64,000 nt of DNA from Klebsormidium nitens (lineage: Eukaryota > Plantae > Klebsormidiophyceae), in contig DF237062.1 in assembly GCA_000708835.1 (NCBI GenBank), positions 62,001 to 126,000 of the forward strand, given 5' to 3'. Of the stretch, positions 38,591 through 50,600 are shown one piece after another. How positions within the stretch are numbered: position 1 is the first letter of the stretch; each line of letters starts with the position of its first letter. The translations under genes were made by a program, and so were the position numbers. The notes below the pieces were generated by a model, which did no database searches, had not been told where the DNA came from, and was given only the letters and a program-made list of their open reading frames with translations.

Positions 38591-41500
38591 TTCTGGTCAC
38601 CGGAACATCATGCAGACTGGCAGTGTAGATCTACACTGAACTTTTCACTTTTAGCGATAGTCTGGACAGCTTCGCCTGTGGTTCCATCAAGTTAGTCACG
38701 GTGACGTCTTTACGTATGCGTCTGAAAGTGAGAGGAATTGATCATCACTTCTTCGTTCATCATGGGTTGCTATAATTCCTTCTTTGAGCTGCAGTTCTGT
38801 CCTTGCGGGCGTCTCCGTAGTCCGGCTCTTCATTTATGTACAGCCAAATCGTAGAATACAAGTGGAATATTGCTTGCTTCTCATGCTTCATTGCAAGTCA
38901 AACAGAAAGCGGCGTGCTGAGTGGCATGTCAAACCCGGTTGCTTGCCGAAAAAGGTTGTGCGAAGTGTTTCTCATGCCGCTGCGACCAGCTTGCTTTCTG
39001 AACTGTACTTTGTGGATAGCTTTGAACAAGGACCTGGCGGACTGTGTTTCGGAGTTTTTCCGTATCAGTCGCTAAGCCGATGATCCGTTCCCTCGTACGC
39101 GAATCAACTTCTTCTCTTCTCGTCGCCAACCACAAAACAAGAAACCCACTTGATGACCATATTACCATCGAGGAACTGGCACTCATATGCTTTACGATGG
39201 AGCAGGACGGCTTTTCTTGTATGCTCTTACCGAACCAAGCAGCGCTCGTCTGTCCCATATGTGCCTCAACAAAGACAATCTTGAGAGGCATGATAGCGCC
39301 ACACACTTCTCATATACTCCAAGCTCCTTCATGATATCCAAACGAAGATTGATGAATCCGTATAACAGGCGACCAACCACCACGAAGGAAGTGGAAGATG
39401 ACCTACTACTGTGTATCTGATTGAACTCGACACCTCGACTTTCAAGTGGAATCGGTTCAATGATTTGCTCGGTCTTACAGCATTCGCTATGCGGTATGAA
39501 GCTCCTAATGTAAATACGTCGCTGGGACGAAGTAATTACTCTACACATCGACATGTGGAGTCGGCCCCAGCTTTGATTGGAATGTCTCCGAGACCTGTTC
39601 CGCCCAGGTCTCCGTTTCTTCCAATAGAGACTCTTGAAGTGGTACGACTTTCACAGTTGCACGGGCAGGGTGAAGCTATGAAGCTACGGTTGTATGACCT
39701 TCCATTACTCCATACGTCAGTCGATTCGCGCTCATGGGTCAGAATAGAACGCTTTCCCGGATGCGGTTTGGTTCCAGGCTGCTCGTCCGTTCCATGCGGA
39801 TTTGCAATTCACGTTACTATAAGGGTTTGGGAGTAATTCGGGTTTTGCCATCCCAACCGTCCTCGGTATCCGCCTGGTCGAGTGATCAGCTACTTGAACC
39901 TGTCACAGAGAGCGTCATCGGGTCTCGTAAAATGTGCTCTATCCGCCGCCGTTAGTACGCGCTTTGTTGGGCCACCAGCCATCTGAACACGTCGAAGAAT
40001 GGACTCGTTCAAAAGAAAAATTCGCTTTTTTTCTCAAGAAGCGTGTAAACGACGGTGCACTGAGGACGCTGCGCTAGCGCTGAGATCGCCCGTTCACAAG
40101 GATCAACTTTAGTACACTAATCTGACAATCTCTCAAAAGATCGATGTCAGTGAAGCTTCTGTGTCTGCTGGCACTCGATGTAGTTACAACGCAGGCGGTT
40201 GGGACGCCTCCTGCACGTCCGGACAGCACAAATCTTCAGCGTTCCGAAGTGGCGCTCCCCTTCGCCTGCCTTCGCGCTCCTCGGAAGGGCGGGCGCCGCA
40301 TGAGACGGCTCGCAGGGTCGGTGGTTCAGGTGGTTCTACGGTACGTTTCTGCCGGGCACTGAATACGCAAGCGGCCGCGTGCGCGGCAGGCCGGGCGCGG
40401 TCAGGTTATGACTCGGACGTCTCACATGACGTCAGCCGACAGCGCTGACGTGGCACGACGAAGGCGAGGCCTATGGACTGTCGCCTTCAATGCGGATTTC
40501 CTAATCTTGAGGAACCACTGATGCCGTTTTGTCGGGGGTGACGCCTTCCAACTTCCATCCACTCTCGACTTATTCATTCTAAGTTTAGCAGGACCACCAG
40601 ACATTCTGTTTTGCCGGATTCCAAGGCGGGTTTCCTTGCTTTCCGCAGAAAAGAGGTTTGAGACGAGACGACCAGATCAGGCAAGATGAGCTTGCGAATG
40701 CAAGAACCATGTTCTCAAAGTAAGATGGCTGCTTAGATATTGGGTCATGTGTCGACCGTTTGCCCTGCCTTGATCTTCAACTGGTACGTCTTCGTACTCG
40801 CTTGAACTGCAATCGAACAGATTGCCCACGTTCGGGTGCAGATCATGCTAAGCCCGTGTTTTCTTTAGAACAAGTCTTTCCGTTGCCGCTTCGAGTGCGC
40901 GTAATCGTTTTGGTTTCATGACTCCGTTTCTTGGATGTGACAGGAACGAAATAAACGGGCAGAAGCGTTATACCAGAGATTTCCGCTTTCCTTGATTTGA
41001 CGCCTCGCCAGCATATCAGGGACAAACGAATCTTGACCAGAACGTGCCAAGTTTCATGCTTCTGACGTATGCATCTGACGGTGTCCAACGAATCATTGCA
41101 AGCCAAAGATGCGAATCTGCTTTTCTCCCTTCCACGGTGGACAAAGCGAAGTCCACGCAATCCAGGCGAGCAAGATGTGACGTTTTGCATGAGTGATCAT
41201 GTCAGTTTAATTCGCGTCCGTACGGGTTTCCCCTAAAGGTTCAGGTGCCTTGCCTGATTGACGTGACCGCTGAAGGGTGGCCAGCGGTCCTTCGAGAGAC
41301 TTCTGAGTTCCAAGAATCAGTTTCTAGGCATCGCACTCCGGTTCTGATAAGACCAACAGAAGATAATCTAGGAGGATCCGCCCGTTAAGTCAAAAGTGGT
41401 TTCGTGCCAGCCCTTTGAAAGCGTCTCACCGGCACAGAGAGAGAAGGTGGCAAGCATGCAGTTGCAGCGCCCTTGGGCGGAGGAATCCTCCGGTAATGGA

Positions 41501-41900
41501 CGGCATTCCGTCCTGAGAGGCGAAGATCCTGAGGTAAGAAGCAAAAAACTCTTCTTGAAATCTTTTCTCTCCACACTGCCATTTGCAGGTTTGGTAAAAG
41601 CTGCTCCTGCATGAAGCTCTAATGTCAGAGAGGTCAACAGACAGTTGTTCAACCACAATAAGCTTCTTCTGTTTCCGCTTGATCGTTTCTTCAAGCTTGT
41701 CTCCGGAAGAACAAAGAACCACCTCCAAACCTCCGAATAGGCTTGAGAATCTTGACTTTGATAAGGATAATTCGCGGGCGAGTCCCAGAATTCTTGAGAA
41801 GGCAGATTGAGGTTCGGCCAAAAAGGCACTTTTTGCATGTAAGGTACCGTCAAGAAAAATGAGGTCCCTGTCCGGACATCTGATACTGAAGCAGGTCATC

Positions 41901-41949
41901 GCTACATGTAACGTTTCCTTACATGTAGCAGCGTAAGCGGAAACGTTAC
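41901..41949. repeat. Two overlapping, mutually exclusive 11-bp inverted repeats ~600 bp upstream of KNOX
   Basis: GCTACATGTAA (41901) pairs with TTACATGTAGC (41919); GTAACGTTTCC (41908) pairs with GGAAACGTTAC (41939). Confidence 0.85.
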
Positions 41950-42545
41950 TCCATGGCCAGAATTTTTGTGCAAGCGTCTTTTACTGCTTTCCGGTCTTCC
42001 ACTCCTCTTATCTTTCAGGGCCTTTGGTCTTGCCCACAGAACTCATCATACGCCTAATGAAACTTCTCTTCTGCTGATATCACTTTGTTGTGCTTAAGCT
42101 TGTGACCATGGTTTCAGAGTCTCTTCAAGGAGGATTTACTCATGATAGATCTGCCTGGTTTGATAGAGTATGGTAGACTTCTACCATAGCGAACGAAAAA
42201 GTTAATTAGCTTCACCGAAGGGTAATAGATCTAGAGTGTGAGCCTGAAGGTCCACGACACAGCCGTATGGAAATGATCTCGACCACAAATGCGGTTAAGG
42301 ATGGATCTTATCCCGTACATCTTAGGGTGATCAATCTTCTGATAGTCCTGAGAGTACGCAAGCTTAGTAGCGTAACCCAGGAAGACACCACCTCGGAACT
42401 AGAATATCCGAGATTCCAACAGAAAGCGAGCCTTCTTCTCATGTAGGGACACAAGGGAGTCTTCCTAATCATAAATGCGGAGGGGGCCCTAATTGGAGAC
42501 GTCTCAACCCAAGCCGAATACAAGTGAGCCCAAAGCTTCTGACAA

Positions 42546-45500
42546 ATGGCGACGCACTCAGCTGAAGCGCACCGTCCTGGGTCGCCCACCAGCCCCCTCG
42601 AAGCGCTGCCCCGATCGGCCTCCGCCCCTCAACTCCCGAGCTACAGCACGCTGTATGCCGGGCTGCCTTTGTCAATCCAGGAAGACTCCCCGCTTGGTTT
42701 TAGCGTCTTCGACAACCTTCCCTCGGGCAGTAACTTCAACTTTCCCCCCCGTGCGCCAGGCGGTAACTTATCCCCCCGGGCGCTGGGCGGTGATTTATCG
42801 CCCCGGGCACTGGCCGGTAGCTTTTCCCCTGGGGCACTGGGCGGAAATCTCTCCACCCGGGCGCTCCCACCCTTTCCTCCGGGCGGAAATTTATCCCCCC
42901 AGGCGCTCTCACCGTTTTCCCCGGGCAGAAATCTGTCCCCCCAGGCGCTCTTACCATTTCCCCCGGGCGCCAACTTGAACTTTTCCCCCGGGGCGCTGGG
43001 CGGTAGTTTGTCCCCCCCGGCGCTCTCACCTCTGTCCCTGGAAGCCCTGACCCGCTCCCCGGGGCAATACCCCGAGGCAGACGCGATTCGACGCCACGAT
43101 AGGTATCCGGAGCTGGTCGGCCGGTTGATGGACTGTTTGAAAGTCGGCGCGTCGGAAAACGAGATCCGACGGCTAGACGCGCATCGGCGGTGCCTGGTGG
43201 AGGAGTCCCGGGGGCGGGCGGCGGGGCAGGGCGCGAGCGCGCGCGAGCCCGGGTTAGATAAGGTTATGGTGGGTTAGCAAAACTGGAGACGTAATTGCAG
43301 CGTATGCACAACTGGATTCCTTTAAGACCAGTGCTGGCGATCGGGAAGACTCCTAAACGTCTTGGTTCGTAAAGAAATCTTCCTTTCTAGTTGATCGAGA
43401 AGCAGAGCTCTGGCCGTCTGCTGGTAAGGTTGGCGTGAGACATGGGACAAGACGGTGCACTTGATTCCGAAGCTGAAACGGTTAGTCTTGTATTGGAGTG
43501 AAAGCTTCTTGAAAAGCTTCGAGCAGACCTGAGCCTGGGACGTGAGAGGTACTCACAAGCACGAACTCGGTCAGAGCAAGCTGGCGAGTGCAAGCAGTTG
43601 ACGTCATTCCGGCCTGATGACGTCAGCTCATCAGCTGAGGGCGCTCAAGCGGCCGCTTCCGCACTCCATTGAAGGCCGGAAACGCATCCATTCTTGGCGT
43701 CACCTCTGCTTATGCAGGAACCGTCTATTCGTTTGCTGCCGCATCGGAGCCCCTACAGGAGGTCACGTGGCAGCAGCTCACGTGACCTCATCTTTGACGC
43801 GCACTCATCTTCTGACAGCCCCAGATGACGTCACCTCTGATCTTACAAATATAATCCTCTACTTCGTTGACGTCATGCTCACCACGCACGAGATCACGTG
43901 CCAGCAAAAGCAGACGCTGCAGCAGCCGTCCGATGACGCAAACGAGTTCCTCAGCCTGACGTCGTCAGTGTTTGCTCGGTGCGATTTCGGCTGACGTCAC
44001 CCTTTCTCCCGCAAGGACTTCGCGTGCCAGTCGCTCGTGGTGCGTGCTTGAGCAGCAGCTGCGGCAGCCGTTTGACACGCCATCAAGTTTCCTGGCAGCC
44101 CTCCTGCCGTCAACTAAGACAAAGAAGACTTTCTTGCTCTGCTGACCGTCCTGCAGGAGGTCACGTGCCAGCAGCTCGTGGCGCTCAAGCAGCAGCTGCA
44201 GCAGCCGTTCGACGACGCGAACGCGTTCTGCAGTGACGTCGAGCGGCGCCTCGCGGAGATCGGGCTCTCCCGGGCGACCAAGAAGCCGGGCAAGCGGAGG
44301 GAGAAGTCGCCCTCGCTGACGCCATGGAAGGGCCTCGATCTGGAGGAAGAGGAGGTTAGATAACGTCATGATGACCCAAAGGTTGCATGCGTCACTTGTT
44401 GTGGAAGGGATTCAGCATGTTCTCATTCAGCTTTTCCAAGAGAGTGCAGAAAGGGTACGATTGGGCGACGAGGAAGCGCCGTGTTTCGACAGGCAAAGCT
44501 TCGAGCTGCGGAACAGAAGTCGATGGGGAAACCGAGTGGATCTAAGTTTCCGTTTCTCTTTCTCTAGCCCCCAATGTTCTGAAGTCGAACTTTTCCCGCA
44601 GTCGCCCGAGCATCCAGCCGAAATCCCGATTGTTGCACGAGCCCAACCACCTCGACAATGAAACGTTGGTCGATTCCAGATTACCTCCGACGGTCCCGAG
44701 CAGACGCCCGCGGATCCAGCCGACGCAGCTGCCGCGACTCCTAAAGGAAGGCAACCCAATCTCAAACGACGTTTTCGGNNNNNNNNNNNNNNNNNNNNAC
44801 GACGTTTTCGGATGATTGTAATATCGCAAAACCTCTGAAGAATTCCCAGCCGTTGAAACCCCTGTTCTTCGCAGCCGGCCGCGGGTCCAGCCGACGCGGG
44901 CGCCGCGGGAGTCCTGGCCCTGGTGGGCGCGGCCGGCCCGGCCGACATGGGCGCGCTCAAAGCGCGCATGATCGCGCTGCACGGGCCCGCGATCGCGCGC
45001 ATGGACATCGACACGTGGAAGAAGGAGCCGAAGGCGCGCCTGCCGGCCGCCGCGATCAAGGTCATGCGCGGCTGGTGGGCCAAGCACCAGGACTCGCCGT
45101 ATCCTGCGGTGGGCAGACCCTCTCGCGCCTCTAGTTCTTTCCCTTCCTCTTTGGATCATTCCTGTCCGAACTGCAGGGGGCTTTCCACACCGTTCGCCGT
45201 CACTATTTGTTGGAGACCACGTCCCTCAGACAGATCCGCGAGAAGATTGGATCAATTGCTACTGAAATGCTCCTAATTTGACGCACTTCTGCCAGCTGCC
45301 AAGCATTCAGTTCCCTGTTCCCTCCGCTACTTTGCGGCTGCTCTCCTCTCACATAAAGGTCGCTCGCCGCACGCAAAACGCTCTCAAGCAGTTTGCCCTA
45401 GACCTGGTTCCTTGGCCTGAAAAATCCATCACAGCGCTAATCTCAAGAAAATGATTAAGAAGCAGAGGCGGACCAAGCGCGCGGGGCTCGAAGTAGAAGA

Positions 45501-46055
45501 GCTGCCCGGGAGCTAAACGAGTCTCATTTTCTTGAGGATCCTTCACAATATACCCCTTACTTATGTAGCCCTCCCTCCGCGACCCCGATCTTTGCCGCAA
45601 ACCCCAGCAGATCAAGGCGCAGCGGCTGGCGAAGCGCTCGCAAGATAGACAGGAGCTAAAGAATCGAGGTGTTTGACGGTTTTTCCTGCACCTTTCGTTC
45701 TTCACTCTGCTAACTCGTAATCTGCTGCCAACATTCCCAGGAGAACGAGAAGCAGCGGCTGGCGAAGCGCGCGGGCCTCGAGCTGCAGCAGGTCAACAAC
45801 TGGTTCATCAACGAGCGGAAGCGCCACTGGACCAAGGCCGAGCGGCGCGCGGAGCCGCGCCCGGCCGCGTCGCCGAAAGTGCGCGCCAAACCCCGGGGGT
45901 TTGCGAAGGCGAGGAAGCGGGGCGCGGTGGCGCAGGCGCCCCGGATCGTCCTCGGGGGACACGTGGCGCACGATGACGGGCAGATGGTGAACAGTACAGC
46001 GTATATGCAGGGCAGGGGGCTACAGATGGAGGGGCAGGTGTACAATCATTTGTGA
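42546..46055 (+). CDS. KNOX: KNOX TALE homeobox transcription factor (KNOX1 + KNOX2 + ELK + TALE homeodomain)
   Basis: Exons 42546-43268, 44157-44354, 44875-45108 and 45741-46055, all phase 0. KNOX1-like: [27 protein letters not shown]2-like: EPGLDKVM|[35 protein letters not shown]-like: [31 protein letters not shown]. Homeodomain: [23 protein letters not shown]|[30 protein letters not shown]. The start codon is provisional. Confidence 0.93.
42738..43040 (+). repeat. Coding tandem repeat (27- and 42-bp units; GGNLSPRAL / [14 protein letters not shown]) in KNOX exon 1
   Basis: About 8 imperfect xxSPxAL units, visible in both DNA (CCCCCGGGCGCTGGGCGG) and protein. Confidence 0.9.
43599..43999. 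promoter_or_regulatory. Cluster of five TGACGTCA palindromes plus CACGTG and TGACAG in KNOX intron 1
   Basis: TGACGTCA at 43599, 43618, 43826, 43868 and 43992; TGACAG at 43813; several CACGTG. A regulatory role is inferred only. Confidence 0.45.
43617..44075 (+). repeat. Ladder of four degenerate copies of the KNOX exon-2 start
   Basis: Copies start near 43617, 43759, 43890 and 44016 versus the real exon at 44157 (steps of 142, 131, 126 and 141 bp). Example: CAG|GAGGTCACGTGGCAGCAGCTC versus CAG|GAGGTCACGTGCCAGCAGCTC. Confidence 0.85.
44779..44798. other. Assembly gap (20 N) with the same 13-mer ACGACGTTTTCGG on both flanks
   Basis: Read directly; suggests an overlapping join or a collapsed tandem copy. 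Confidence 0.95.
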
Positions 46056-47639
46056 TAAGAGCAGGGAGTGGTGCGCAAGCATGTGCGCGGAGGTTGCTTA
46101 TAATTATTGGTGGATATCAGACGAAAGTGCGCGAGCTTGCGCGCGGAGATGGCTCGTAGTACTTGCTGGGTAGCAAAGTGAGTTTGCGCGAGCTTGCGCG
46201 GGGTACTTCTAATTAAGGGATAACCGTGGCCAGATAAAGCGAGCTCGCACAAATGGACTGCAGAAAGATGAAAAAGGAACGAAACTGGATTAACGGGAGA
46301 GGGAAACAGGAAACGGTCGGGTACACGGACCGAAGCAGATGGTGTCGCGCCGACGATCCTGACGGACAGGGGAGAAATGGCAAGGGTAAGGGTGAAAACA
46401 CAAGTAACAAGAGGAGATGACACGAAAGGATCGAAGCCAGAAACATTGACTATTTAAGCGTGGAAGGAGCGTATTTTGAGTGACAGTTGTGGTAGGTTTG
46501 GTGGGCACTTTTACGATGAAAGCTTGTGACAAGAAGTCGGGCGGACTGGGTATAGGTCAACTCTTGATACTCTTTGGTGAAAGTGAACGTGGTTTTGGGG
46601 GTTGCGATGACTTTGTTAGAAGTAGGCCCAGCAACTTCAAGTGTCGGTCGCTAGATTTGAGCTCAGGTCTTCTAGAAGGCGACATTTGAGGCCGTTCTAG
46701 TCCTGCAAGTAGCTCTTTAAGTGTTATTGTTTTCTTTTTGAAAGTTCTCATTTCTTAAGTCCCATAAGTCGGCCTCTCCACTTTCACCTTTCAGGCTAGT
46801 GAGGACGTTTGCCTTGGTTGTTGCGTTTCTTTACTTCATGCAGTGGACGTGCCAGATAAAGAGTCGCGTCTGGCCCAGAGGCGTGCAAATGTTAACAGCT
46901 GCCAACGGGAATAGACGTGCTGCAAACATGACGTCAGTGTACGTCATCTTACATGGGGCTTCACATGAATCTGTCCAATTATAGTCGATCGATGCCCGAA
47001 GAAGTCCAGTGTACAACTGAAGTTGCAATTCAACGCAAGGTTGTACGGAATCTGCATATTTCGATCTAGAACTATACATCGCAGCGATCGGACTCTTACG
47101 ACGCGGCGCCATGCAGGGTTGCAAACAATTGCGCGCGTTATCCTGGTCCGGAATCTCGGCATATGAAGGCCAACCATTGCATGAGCATAGAGACATGTAG
47201 ACTAAATGCGTACTCTTTCAACTCAATTGTATAGCGACCTATTGTACGTTACCCACGTGGTTCTGTTGCTTCTGTGACGCACTATTGCTAAGTTGCTGAC
47301 CGACCTCGCAAAATCATCATGCCAGCTTGGTTCGAAGTAAGACTGGACTCGGTGGTTGCAAGTGGTTGCCACGAGCCTGGACATGATCGATCATACCATA
47401 GGACATCGCGCGTCACATGGGACACAGGATTCAAACGTCGCATCAAGTGGCGAGCCGTGGTGCACCTCTGGATATGTCAAGCCAGCGACTGCGCACCTGA
47501 GAATGTTCCATTAAGGACCTACCTCTCTGTTGCCTGAAGTACGATCACCGATGCCGTTACCGTTCCCTGTTCCAGTTGCATAATGTCTGCTGATTATATA
47601 GATGCTATGTTGATTTGGAACTTGTGCTTGGTCCGCGTG

Positions 47640-50600
47640 TCACCTGAAACTTCTTCTCTCGATCTCGAAGTCGAACCCGATAGGCAAATGGTCGCTAGGG
47701 TACAGCTGATTGGGTATACCCACTCCTAACTCCTTTTCGGTATCGTCCGGTGTGCTCTTCCTACCTACCAAGCGCGGCACCATATTAGCGGTCAGGAAAC
47801 AATAATCAAGGGTGCCTGTGAACTTTGGCGTGAAATTCGTGAACGGGGGCTCCCCCCCACTCCTCTCATGGGCACTGAACAACCGCACGGGTGCGGGCGC
47901 TACGAACAGCTTGTTGGCGGCTGACTCAATGTCGACCTTCCGTGCTTTCCCCTCGACTGTCGATGTGTCTTCCGGAAGCTTAGCCGAAGTAATATACCGG
48001 TACACCTGCGAGGAAAGGAGACAGAGCCGTCAGTGGTTTCCATGCAATACCGAAGTGGCACGGTCAGTGTCCACTCAGGTGTATCCCAAATATCACGCTC
48101 TCACATTCCGAGCGAATACGTACGTTCAGAGCGCAGCTCACTCGAAACATTTGCGAAATCTTTCACCCCCGGATGGAGGCCTGTGGAAAGAGCGCGGAAG
48201 GGAGCCGACGGCAGGCGTCGCAAACGAAGCTCCATTTCTGAAGGAGGTGGCGACAGTATGCAAATTAGCTCGTGTACTGGCCTGAATCGGCACACGAGAA
48301 AGAACCTGAAGTGAAAAGTCTTTCGAGAGACAGCCCCTTCCACCGTTTCCGGAAAGGTCTTTTGGGTGAATGCTCCAACGACACTGATCGAAGAGGTGCT
48401 AGACATTTTCAGCGAATCCCTTAATGAGTGGTGCGAGTCGAGTGGGCGGAACCCACGCGCGTCGCCACGTGGCAAAGGAACTTGCCAAAGCAACATAAAT
48501 TGGCAAGATCTGAACCCTACTTGTACCTGGTTTCCGGACTTCCATACAAAGACCGGGGTGCACAATGACAAAGTCTGGAAAGTCGGTTGACTGCAACATG
48601 TCCTTAGAGCCCAGGCACATAAAAAATGCAAATGCGCAAAGAAGTCCAAACCGAGGTCCTAGCCGTTAACCGGGGTTAAAATGGGTCCTAATCATCGACT
48701 GGCAAAACTCCGCCAGGCGCGCTCACCCGGTCCCCCGGCTGGCTGTTGAAGTCCCCGCACAGCATGGCCGGGACGCTGCCCCGGGCGCCTTCGGAGAGGG
48801 AGTCCAAGAAGTTGGACAGGCTGTAGAGCAGGTACTCGGCCTGCGCAAGCTTGACGTCGATCCACTGGGGGTCCCTGCACGGCCCGGGAGAGTTGCGGGT
48901 CAGGAGAACGGAGACCTTCCGAGGAGCAATGACAGCTGGTAAATGTCAGTAAATGCTGGTGAACGGTAAAGAAAACGAGAAGCGTTTGAAGGCATTTAAA
49001 AGCTTCAGAGCCTTCAAAGCTTTAAAAGTGATAAGAACCACAGTGGACGAAAGATCCGGTCGCGCCCAAACGCAGGAGCCCACAATCAAGAGAGACAGCG
49101 GAGTGTCAAACACAACTGCCGACTGTTGTAAACAACGACGGTGTTGCAGACATGGTGAGTGTGGAAGAGAGAGCGAGATCAAAAGACCCAAAAGAAGCAA
49201 CGAAACAAGGAAGGGCCGGAGCAGAAAAACGCAAGGCTGCATTGTTGGCTTGAAGGCCGGCTGACTGGAGTCAAATGGCCGCATACTGCTAGCCTGTCGC
49301 GCACAACGACAGATACGATTGGCCATTGATCGCCAGTCCTGAACATTCATTCGATAACCAGTTGCCAGGACGAACCATAGAACGTTGGCAAACTCGCACA
49401 ATCCCTGGACCAACAGCCACTGTTTCCAAAGTGGAGAACAGAAACTACTGAAAAACCAACGCGTCTGACCACCCACCAGTAAATGTGCGTATTTGCGACC
49501 ACGAACGTCCCTTTGGTCCCGCCAACCGGCCGGAACGCCCCCATCACCGCCACGCAGTCCCTCTGCAATCGGTGCTCTTTCGAGAACCGCGCTGCCGTCG
49601 CGAAATCCTTGGCGGGCGGCCCGCTCGCTTTCGCCTCAGGCTTGACGAGCCTCTCGGCTAACCCGGTTAGCCTTACCGCCTTTACCCCGGACTTGGTCGC
49701 GTCCCCACCCTCTGCGGACCCGCTGCCCCGGCTCGTATCAGCCCTGGGCGCCGCAGAGTGCGTTGCGGACGCCGCAGGTTGGCTTCCAGAGGTCCCCGCG
49801 GCCTCATTCCCGGTGCGTATCAACCGGTCGGCCAACCCCCCAAGGGTCTGTGCCACTCCGACAGGCTCCACCGCAGCCCCGTTCTGCGACGCGCTGTCGT
49901 TCTCGATGATCTGGCTGGCGACGGACGTCCCGACGGACGCTTCGAAGGACGCGCGCCCGGCGTCCGACACGGCGCCGTCGCTCGTCCGCGGCATCTTTGA
50001 CGGGGGCTCCTGTGGAGACTCCTCCTCCGGCACCAGGTCGTTGAAGTCGACGTCGCGCCGCTGGAGGAGCGTAAACCTGCAATGCACAAGAACAAGACAC
50101 AATCGAAATCCAGGTCACTGGCTGGCTAGCGCGGACACCTAATGCTTGATGTCAGGTTAACGGGTTTGGACCGTAGGGATAAACAGCCGCAATTCATCTT
50201 TGTTGCATATTGCGGACCTCAGTGAACAACCTTGGCACGCCAAAATATGCTGGGCTTTTCAAGCAACGGAGAGTCTAAAGGAGATGTTCGAGGCTCGTCT
50301 ATTGGATCAACTCGGGATCATAAGCTGGATGGCCTTATCCCTTTGTCTGCTTCGGATGCACCACTGGCAGATTGGGTCCTCCTTTTCTCGTTCAGAATCC
50401 AACACGGGGGTCCCAAAAGCAGAGGGACGATAAGAAACAACAGCAGGCTGACTGACTGCAAGTACCGCGTCAAAGCACCGCCTTGCTTCAACGCCAAATA
50501 CTTATAGTTCTCTTCGTCAAGTTCCTTCAGATTTCCGAATGTAATCACAACTCGGGCGCACAGTCGCGTGAGCGGGGTGAACACTGCCGGGATTCTCGAG

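Noticed and set aside
41426-41899. 157-aa minus-strand ORF upstream of KNOX
   Set aside because: No recognisable motif, splice context or codon bias; left unannotated.
43617-44157. Repeat ladder as a CRISPR-like array
   Set aside because: The units are degenerate copies of a host exon edge, with no constant repeat plus unique spacer and no cas genes.
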